A stretch of DNA of 64,000 bases from Octopus vulgaris (taxonomy: Eukaryota). Below the pieces are notes generated by a model. It was not told the origin of the DNA and searched no databases. It saw only the letters and a program-made list of their open reading frames with translations. Of the stretch, positions 54,231 through 64,000 are shown piece by piece. Each line of letters starts with the position of its first letter. Position 1 is the first letter of the stretch. The DNA is taken from positions 43,834,001 to 43,898,000 of the forward strand of contig OX597817.1 in assembly GCA_951406725.2 (NCBI GenBank), written 5' to 3'. A program made the translations under genes and the position numbers.

Positions 54231-54541
54231 TTAAGTATGTAAGAATACCTCTTTTATTTTTCTCTGTATGGATGGAATATCAAGATGTATTTACATTTAT
54301 TCTTTTACATGTTTCAGTCATTTAACTGTGCCTATGCTAGAGCACTTGCTTATTTTTTTTTCCAGCTTAACACATTACAAATAGTTGAACAACTATATCA
54401 ATTTTATATAGAATTTCTAATGCACATTGTATGTGAATAAAATATTAATTAATTAATTAATTACACAGTCAAGAAATGCACAATATGCAAATTAAATCAG
54501 CCCTTTCAGCTACTTCTAGGTTTGTGTTTTATTTGGTCTCA

Positions 54542-54730
54542 AATTTTGGCACAAGGCCAGCAAGTTTGGGGGAGTTGGGTAAGTCAATTACATTAACCCC
54601 AGTTCTCAACTGGTACTTACTTTATTAAGTACCTGAAAGGATGAAAGGTAAAGTTGACCTTGGTGGAATTTGAACTCAGAATATGAGCATTTTGCCTGGT
54701 GTGCTAATGATTCTGCCAGCTTGCCACCTC
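54542..54730 (-). mobile_element. Copy of the same SINE-like repeat
   Basis: ggcacaaggccagc...ccccagttctcaactggtac...gaaaggatgaaaggtaaagttgacc...gaatttgaactcagaa...ttctgccagcttgccacc. Confidence 0.75.
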
Positions 54731-54959
54731 AATTTTATATCTTATTTAAATAATATATACTATTTAATTGTCTTCAAAGGCAGAGGAATGCAGTTTATTT
54801 ACTTCCTAACAGGTTACTAATTAGCCATGAAGTATGTCAGGATAATCTTTATTTTTCAGTGTATGAAGAGAATAACAAGATATATTTACATTTGTAAGCT
54901 AAGTACATCAAATTTATCTCATATTTATAGTTATATATATATAACACAGATATATGTTT

Positions 54960-55035
<76 letters not shown>

Positions 55036-56489
55036 TTTATTAGTTTTAGCTAAAAGCTGTAGCCATGCTGGAGCATATATATATATATATATCTATGTGT
55101 GCATGTCCCAAATTGCAAGCAATACTGAAATGCACAGACAAATATATGCATATGTTTGTAAGTGCACACATATATATATATTTATACATCAATACAAAAA
55201 CATATGTATATATTTGTTTATGCATTTTAGTACTTTTTGAAATATGATACATACAAATACAAGTGATCTCTTGCATTTAGAATCAATGTATTATTCAAAG
55301 TACTGCAAATAGCAGCTGGGCAGAGAGTTGTTCTAAACTTTTTCTTAATTTGAATAGAGGCAGCAGCAAAATACATTTATTAGTTAGCATTTGTAGAATT
55401 AGTGGAACTAATAAATGATCGGTATATTCTAATCAGTTACTACATAGCCAATGATTTATGTTAAAGTTGAATCTTTAGATAACATGCTTAATTGTTAAAT
55501 ATAAAATTTTTGAAAAGACTTTATGAAATTAAAATAAGCATTTTTGGAAAGTAAAGAGATATACAAAGGAAACAATCAGTAGTATACTATTACTTTCATA
55601 AGAAATATTGAAATTGTTTAAAACCAAATTCTTAGCTTGTGTCTAATCAATACAAATTCTAAAGATAGAACATTTTGATTTCTTTGACTGACAGAATCTA
55701 TAGTTACAAAAACCAGATAAACTATTCTAAAATGCTATTCACAACAAAATAAATCTAAATAGATATGTAACATATACAGGTAAATGCAAATCTTATACCT
55801 GTTGTAAATATATTTTAATAAATTAGTTATTTAATTTTCTATATACCATTATGAAAATCTTATTGAAAATTAAATATCAATTATTATTAAATAAACAATT
55901 AAGAAACTAACAAGCAATTGTTTCTAGAACCAACAATAAAATATCATATAAATGTTCTATTTCTTATTTCTCATCAGACAAGTGTGACAAGTAAAATTAC
56001 ACAATGGACACAACTAAACATTGAAAAATTTTAATCAGTTGCATATAAAACAAAGATGTGTAATAATTTCTTTTAATGTAATAGGATTTCAAATTGAACA
56101 CTACACTATTAAATTTGCATTTAAAATTTGTATTCTCACAGAAAACTAAAATGAAAATATTAATATATTAGTTTATACTAAATTAATCTTGATTATTATT
56201 TTAAGTTTTCCTTTCTCAAATGTTTTTAATAATTAGAAGTAGAAATGAGCAAATCACTTTACGACGAGGAATAAAATTTCCATATCATAACCTGAATTAT
56301 TTTTATATTTAGATACATATGCATATTTCTATTTCTACTAAAATGAATTTTACAATACAAATATATATGCGCAAATGAATATGGATGTTTATGCAAGAAA
56401 ATGCACATAAGTGGATATAATATTCTACTAACTATAATTTAATACTGATAGTTCCGGGGCTATTTGAAATTCTGTTAAACGGAACAATT

Positions 56490-56537
<48 letters not shown>

Positions 56538-56566
56538 CATATATATGTATGCATGTATAATATATA

Positions 56567-56608
<42 letters not shown>

Positions 56609-56829
56609 GATATGTACAATATATGTATATATAATACATATACATATATAATAGCATATATATAGATATACATACATCCACATCATGTTATTTTTACGTA
56701 CATATGTGTATGTATATATACATAGAGACTTATTACTTATATGGTAAAAATGAAAAATATATGAACTTTTTTTTATATATATATGGACAATAAGACAAAC
56801 ATATATTTAAAAAGAATTGTATCACTTAC

Positions 56830-57001
56830 CGTCTGGATGTTTTGGCTGTGGTTTATAGTTGTCTACCTGGATGGTTGAATTTGCACCATTTCGTGTAAAA
56901 CGGACTACATGGTATTCCCCATCATTTACCTTATGGTAGACTTCCCCCACTGGGTGGTCTGCAGTGCCCATGTTATATACAACAAATATGTTTCCATCCA
57001 C
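56830..57001 (-). CDS. Nrxn: Neurexin coding exon, middle of LNS6, ending at the splice-site-4 (SS4) position, phase 0 to 1
   Basis: ttttcag|GTGGATGG...CCAGACG|gtaagt, 172 nt, in frame with the previous exon. Translates [57 protein letters not shown](G); compare neurexin [23 protein letters not shown]...ERYPAG. Confidence 0.96.
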
Positions 57002-57700
57002 CTGAAAAATAAAGTTTTATGAAATAAATTGAGCATCAAAATAAATAAAATGATGCTACTAGTTTTGCAAATAGCAATATTTAAGAAATGGAAAAGTAAA
57101 TATGTTATTATAGGAGACTTTTAAATTTTCAATTTACTAAAATCAAATAGTGGAATTGTACATTTGAACAGGAGCACACTTTTGCAGCACATTTTCATAT
57201 TACGTAAACTATTTGTGTTGATTGCATGCATCATCCAAATCTGTGTGTGTATATAATATATATATATATAAAGTAAGAGAGGAAGAAGAAACAGACTTCT
57301 TCATCCACATTCAAACACACTTTCTAATCTGTCGCTGGGTTGATTGCAGCATATTCAACATGATGGAGTTTAGCTTTAACTGCTCTTTTTGCCCAGAGTT
57401 TAATGAACTGGTTGATGGAGAATAATAGACATTGTATACACGAGGAAACTGAAAGAAATATGACAGCACTTAATTGCATTCTACCTGAGGAAGTGCCTAC
57501 ATACAGTTGTTGCTAAAATATATTTAATTATACAGTAATTCTAAAGAATAATCCTATATAATAATACATAAACGTAAACTCAACAACTTAAAGCCAGTGT
57601 CTGTTGCAGAAACAAATATTGTGATTTGCTACTGAAGCCTGCTTTTTTTCCCTTTTCATGTTATATTATTCTTATATATGTATATTTTTATATATATATA

Positions 57701-57757
<57 letters not shown>

Positions 57758-58128
57758 GTGTGTGTGTATTGTATATAAACAAATAACAACAGATGGATTG
57801 TGGTTCATTCACTACAGCTGTTTCAGATGTGTTTTCCATCTGCTGTTATTTGCTTATCATTCACCTTACTTGGAACTTGCAATTTGCAGGGATCTGGAGT
57901 CTATTGAGTGCAGTACAATTGGTGCAGTGTTTGTTCTCATGTGTAGCCTTGAAACTCATGGTATATTCAGTTGGCCATTTTTGATTGTACAAACAACTGG
58001 AATATAATTCCGTGTTTACGTTAGCATGTATGTATTTGTTTCTCAAATATTGTTCATATGCGATAGCCATTTCTCTGACCCAACCATGGTACTTTACTAT
58101 TTAAGGACCTGATTTGCTTGAATCCTAA

Positions 58129-58169
<41 letters not shown>

Positions 58170-58265
58170 TATACACACATATATATATAAGCACATGTTA
58201 GTGTGTGTGTGTGTATATATGTATGGAGGTATATATAAATATAAATATATTTATTATCATTTAAC

Positions 58266-58569
58266 AACAGTCTGATTTGGCCTGAAGCAACTTAAAGTTT
58301 TGTACACTTGTAACAGGAACCTAGTTCATTGGGCTTAGGTGGTGGAATGGGGAAAGGAAAGAAGTCCAAGATGGATACTGGAAACTGGACTGCTATTGGT
58401 CAAGGTGAGTCAAATGGTGTTTGGACCCACTGTGACCAATAGCAACCCAGTTTCCTGTAGTATACTTGGATTTCCTACATCTTCCCATTTGGCTGCCTGA
58501 GTCCAACAAGCTAGGTTTTTGTGATGAGCCCATGAAACTTTAAGTTGCACTGGGTCAAATCAAACTGTT
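58266..58569. repeat. ~305-bp imperfect palindrome (foldback/MITE)
   Basis: Arms aacagtctgatttggcctgaagcaacttaaagttt / aaactttaagttgcactgggtcaaatcaaactgtt; inner ggaaactggactgctattggtca / tgaccaatagcaacccagtttcc. Confidence 0.85.
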
Positions 58570-59235
58570 TTCAATAATGATATGTGTAACTCCTGGTAAA
58601 TGTATTGAATGTCACTTTCTTTCATTTGTCCACTCACTCACACATGAGAATTATATATATATATATATATATATATATGGAGAGAGAGAGAGAGAGATGC
58701 ACACATATAAATATAGATATATACATATATTATACATGCACAAATACATGCACACACTCATATCCACATACACTGATGTGTGTGTAAGTGTGCATGCTTG
58801 GATGTGTGTTAGCATTGTCTTCACAGTCCTGTAAGTTACCTTGTCACTTGTGTTATATATGTGTGTGTGCGTGTGTGAATGTATAAGAGTGTTTGCTTGC
58901 ATTTACTCATTATGAAAGCTGCTTGCTATGTGTGCTTGTATTGTAGAATGTCTTAAAAATATATACCTCTAACCCATGCTAGCATGAAAAATATGGCCAT
59001 AAAACTATTGAATAAACACACACACATAGATATAATGTAATTACCTTATCAAAAATCATGGGGGTTATTATTTACTGTTGTTTCTTTCCTTGTATCAAAA
59101 GTTTCAGTATTTCTGTATTTTGAATGACTATCATGACTCTTTCATGAAACCATTCTTTCAGTTTCAACAGATGATGCATGTAAGTCATTTGCCAAACAAA
59201 TACAACTTTGACACACACACATGCACACATATATA

Positions 59236-60497
59236 CAGGGGTTGGACAAAATAATGGAAACACTTAGCATCATAGCATAATTTTATATTTCAAATAGCTA
59301 TAAAGCCGTCAAAAGCTTGTTTATTCTTATGTTTTTTTAAATTTATTATTAGTGTTGCTTAATATGTTCTTCTAAAATTGCTATTTATTTTCAGATATCA
59401 TCAGAAAAAAGTAATTAAAATTCATTAAAATGACAGATGTATTGGACTTTCCAAGAGGTCAAATTGTTGGTGCTCGAATGGCAGGCACTAGCTTAACGAA
59501 AACAGCCAAAATGTTTGGTGTATCAAGAAGTTCTATCTCTAAAGTAATGATAGCCTTTGAGAAATAGGGAGAAACCTCCTCATTGAAGCAAAACTCCTGA
59601 AGAAAACCAGAACTTTCAGATAGGGACCATCAAATTCTTACACGAATTGTTAGAAAGGATCACAAAAGTACAGCTCCCAAAATTACTGCAGAGCTTAATG
59701 ACTACCTTAAGAACCCAGTTTCCACAAAAACCGTGCACCAGGAGCTGCACAAAGCCAGATTTCAATGGAGGGCTGTAATCAGAAAACAACTACTTTCAAA
59801 AACAAATGTTGCAAAGCATTTAGAGTGGAGTAAAAACCTACAGAATTGGTCCTGCGAGCAGTGGAAGAATGTTATTTTCTTGGACAAATCAACCACCAGC
59901 TGAGTATACATGTGGAGACAGCCAAAAGAAGCATTTGAACCAGACTGCCTTCTTCTAACTGTTAAACATGGAGAAGGATCTGTGATGATCTGGGGGTGGG
60001 GTTATATCTTGGAAATATGCCGGCCCAATGGTTTCCCTTCATGGCAGAATCAATAGTCAAGACTAGTTAAGCCTTTTATCTGATCAGATTCATCCTATGG
60101 TTGCAGAACTGTTTATGGAGTGAAACAGTCTTTCAGGATGATAATGCACCAATTCACACAGCTAAAGTTGTTACTGAATGGCATGAGGAACATTCTAGTG
60201 ACGTTGAACATCTTATCTGGCCACCACAGTCCCCAGATCTCAATATTATTGAACATTTATGGTGCATTTTAGAAAAACAAGTAAGGAGTTGATATCCTCC
60301 ACCATCATCACTACAAGAACTGGAGACTGTTTTAGCTGAAGAATGGACAAAAATTTCTTGGGAAGCAATTCAAACTTTGTACAAGTCTACACCGCGTAGA
60401 ATTCAAGCTGTAATTACTGACAAAGGTGGTTCTATCCCATATTAAAATAAATTTGTTTGAAATTTTAAGGTGTTTCCATTATTTCGTCCAACCTCTG
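59236..60497 (+). mobile_element. Full-length decayed Tc1/mariner DNA transposon (DD36E spacing)
   Basis: 28-bp TIRs (CAGGGGTTGGACAAAATAATGGAAACAC; 2 mismatches on the right) flanked by TA on both sides; 1262 bp. Confidence 0.95.
59430..60445 (+). pseudogene. Disrupted Tc1 transposase
   Basis: MTDVLDFPRGQIVGARMAG...; WKNVIFLDKS; TVKHGEGSVMIWG; FQDDNAPIH...WPPQSPDLNIIEHLW; several in-frame stops and frameshifts. Confidence 0.9.
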
Positions 60498-60570
60498 TAC
60501 ATACACAGATTATATACACACTTTTTAATAGAATTATTTCAAATAATAATTTCCCTAGTTTTTGCCTTTG

Positions 60571-60785
60571 CCCCATTAGCATTTAAATCAGTCATACCCG
60601 GCCCAAAAATTCTACCTGCTTTATGTTCAAACTGGCCAGATTTGGCTTCTCACACCTACACTACAATATCATTCTAAAAATAACAGCCACTTCATTGAAA
60701 TCTCGAAGTTACAAGATAATGCATGATTAATTCAAAACAATGTGAATAAATAGGCTTTACATTTGATATAATAATTAAAGGTTTA
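60571..60785. mobile_element. Second copy of the MITE at 31565
   Basis: cccattagcatttaaatcag...tgttcaaactggccagat...cattgaaatctcgaag...gattaattcaaaacaat...acatttga collinear with 31565-31788. Confidence 0.65.
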
Positions 60786-61020
60786 AATCAGGATGACTTT
60801 AACAACCACTTTAAAGAAAAAGTTGCACCAGATGGAACCAATCATAAACTTATAATTACAGGTTATATATCTAATTTCCGCATTTATAATAAATTTATTC
60901 AGCAGTACCAAGAGATATGATGTACCTATAAAGGGATACTGAAATTAATGATTCATATGTGATCTAATTATTTTATCATGTAGATTTCATATAACAGAAA
61001 ACATATTATGAGAATCTTAC

Positions 61021-61199
61021 CAATTCTGCTTCCAAATAGTCATCTGAATCTTTACTTTGAACTCGAACAAGAACGGCATCTTTTTGTTTTGTCTTTAATC
61101 CGAAAGCGAGGAGGTCTTCCGTTCTGTCTTTACGTTTCTTCGCTGGATAGGTGTACTGAAGAAGGCCAGGATTGGGGCCGAAATGGTATGTTGTGCTTT
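61021..61199 (-). CDS. Nrxn: Neurexin coding exon, N-terminal part of LNS6 (laminin-G) domain, phase 1 to 0
   Basis: Minus strand gtgattag|AAAGCACA...GCAGAATTG|gtaaga, 179 nt, preceded by a T-rich tract. Translates (E)STTYHFGPNPGLLQYTYPAKKRKDRTEDLLAFGLKTKQKDAVLVRVQSKDSDDYLEAEL, matching the vertebrate neurexin LNS6 start as I recall it ([54 protein letters not shown]). Confidence 0.95.
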
Positions 61200-63224
61200 C
61201 TAATCACAAATAAATAAATAAATAAAATAAAAATAAAAGTTAAAACAAATTTATGATATAATATTTTTATGTTAATGTGGCATGTCTCAAATTATATCAA
61301 TGCATTTTTACAAATAAAAAAGCAAAACATTTTCATAGAAAAAGAATGTTATAGATACCAACTATTGAAAATATATTCCATGTAATTAATGTCACTATTG
61401 TATGTTATCTGACCATCTGCATCATACTTATTGTAGAGTAAGTGAATTATGTCACAATGTTCATTTCAATTAGGCATAAAAATCATAATAGTCATTATGA
61501 AATCTCTAATTTCATAACTTTTATTTCTTTGCATCTTAAGCCTTGAAGTATCATTTTAAATGATTAACTTATTTATTTTCCTTTTTTCATATCACCTGCA
61601 CATTTTCTTTTCTTTAGAATCTATGATAAGCAATAAATTCCAACTAAAAAAGTGTTTCTCTGAAACTCAGTTAGCTGTTATATATTTTTACCTTTTATAA
61701 TATGAAATTAAACATAAGACGTATTAACCAAACATCTCACCCACAACTTTCCAATCCAGGAAGGTTTGCTATAGTACAGTTCTTACCACAAAACAAAATA
61801 TATTTGAATATCTTTTTGTAAGGTTTGTCATTTTACAACTGCCAAACTACATTTCAGCCCAGTGAATTTAACTTTTAAGAGAAAAAAATGCACTACACTT
61901 ATTTTGTTCCAGGGTTTAGACACGTGTTCTTTTGAGAGATATATAAATTTCAATTAAAGGAATAGCTCTTAAAATTTACAAAGAAGTTTGTAATTGAAAA
62001 TTATACTTCAGTGCATTTTGAATAAATTATTAAGCAATGTAGGCAGGATACTAAAGTTGTGTATTAGTATTAAAAGGTCAGAGTATACTTGACATTTTTG
62101 TTTGTAAACAAAGTACAAGAATAAAAAATAGAAAAGCAAAATGAATAAAGATTGTGCTTAGATAAATATTAGTAGTTTAGTATTTAAAAAATGTAATAAA
62201 GAACATGTATGATAGGAAACACCAATGTTAGAAAATTCTCAAAGAGCTAAGATGCCTTCTAAATCTATGTGAAACATCGATGATATTGAACATCCTTCAT
62301 CATGTTGTAAATATATGAACTTAAAAGGTAATGCAGTGTGTAAAACTGAAGGCATTTTGAATAATTATATATTGCTAGTAATTTTTATTATTGAAATTAG
62401 GAAATATAGTGTTTATTGTTGATTAGCAACTAAATACTAGTTCACTGTACAGAAGTGTAGTACTGTTGATTAAAATGTGTTGCTTATACAAAAATATCCA
62501 ATATATGTAGATGTGAAAACATTCTAATAACTCACTACAACACTGCTGCAACAAGTTATGTGAAATAAAATGTTCATGATATGCATTGATTCAGAATAAA
62601 ACAGTTTACACACAAATATATCATTAAAAGATAAAAAATAATCCATACTTATATATGTGCATGAAAGAAAATAAACACAAATACATCAAGTGAGCCTATC
62701 TTTTATGTAGTATAACTTATAGACTAAAAGAGATCTTATGAGGATCGTTTTTTAAATTTATATGTAATTATATTGAAGTGGGATTAATGAAATGTTTAAT
62801 GCTTCTGGAGTTGATTGCAGGAAGTAATACTGAATATAACAAAACTTTTGCAAATTGACGATTATTGTATTTCTGATTTCTTTATGCATTATTATCGGAG
62901 AAGCACTGATATTGTTCTTGTAAGATACAAAAGAAAAAAAAAGCATGGATAACATTTTGTAAAATATCAAACAGTTGGAAGATATTTGGAGATCTTGATG
63001 AAAGTTTTATATAAACCTTTAGATATAACTAAAAATTCTAAGCCTGTTTCCTTTGCAGTAAATTGGTATTACGAAACACAATTTTAATATTCTTTATATA
63101 TTTTCTTACAATGTCAGCTAGACTATCAGAGTATAATTTCAAAATATTTTACTGTTATTAAAACTCCTTTGGTTTAGTGAGCATATAAGTTAAAAATACA
63201 TAACCTTTATGTATGTATGAATGC

Positions 63225-63334
63225 ACAAACACACACATGCACACACGCACACACACAGATATATAATGATAGATATAATCATATATATGTATGTATATAT
63301 ATATATATACACAGACACATATATATGTGTATGT

Positions 63335-63381
<47 letters not shown>

Positions 63382-63477
63382 TATAAATATATATGTATAT
63401 ATACATACATATATAAATATATGTATATATATATATACATATATATAAATATATATGTATATATATATACATACATA

Positions 63478-63521
<44 letters not shown>

Positions 63522-63663
63522 TGCATATATATATGTATACATATATATATGTATGTATATATATGTACATACATATGTATATATATATATGTTTATATAT
63601 ATATATATATGTATGTATGTATAAATACATATATATATATATATGTATGTATATATACGTATG

Positions 63664-63694
<31 letters not shown>

Positions 63695-64000
63695 GTATAT
63701 ATATGTATATATATATATATTATATATATGTATTTATATATTTATATGTATATATATATGTACATATATATATAAGTACATATATATATTATATATATGT
63801 ATGTATATATATGTATATATATATATACATACATATATATACATACACACATATATATATATACATCTATATATATTATATATGTATGTATATATAATAT
63901 ATATATATATTATATATCATATATATATATGCATATATACATATATATGCATATATACATATATATATATATGCATATATATATATATGCATATATATAT
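63225..64000. repeat. Long degenerate (TA)n/(TATG)n tract
   Basis: Direct reading; source of the YIYI ORFs. Confidence 0.95.

Noticed and set aside
62758-62905. Exon-like segment after a strong pyrimidine tract
   Set aside because: Stop after 11 codons in the required phase 1, no donor, no homology.
63158-63897. YIYI/VCVC/THTH ORFs here and at 25.7, 26.5, 30.1, 32.8, 38.6, 53.2 and 56.4 kb
   Set aside because: Dinucleotide repeat artefacts.

Overview
AT-rich, microsatellite-dense animal genomic DNA. The repeat complement (RTE LINE with (GAT)n tail, R4/Dong-type remnants, abundant tRNA-like SINEs) looks like an octopus/coleoid cephalopod; this is an inference. The window lies inside a neurexin gene on the minus strand. 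Two unambiguous coding exons (61021-61199, 56830-57001) encode most of the LNS6 (laminin-G) domain, and the second ends at the position of vertebrate alternative splice site 4 (SS4). The next constitutive exon was not found, so 1-56829 appears to be part of one >56 kb SS4 intron. By manual scanning I found a series of short AG...GT-bounded segments in that intron that are symmetric (phase 1-1), frame-preserving and stop-free: best 24, 18, 36, 39 and 30 nt; weaker 66, 15, 6, 12 and 57 nt; plus one stop-containing 93-nt segment. These suggest a possible combinatorial microexon array at neurexin SS4, which needs RNA-seq validation. The rest is mobile DNA: a young 5'-truncated RTE LINE with a PHD-like finger inserted in its RT, a full-length decayed DD36E Tc1, Helitron, R4/Dong and CR1 remnants, SINEs, MITEs, two long foldbacks and many microsatellites. 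Almost all ORFs in the supplied track are microsatellite or chance ORFs.
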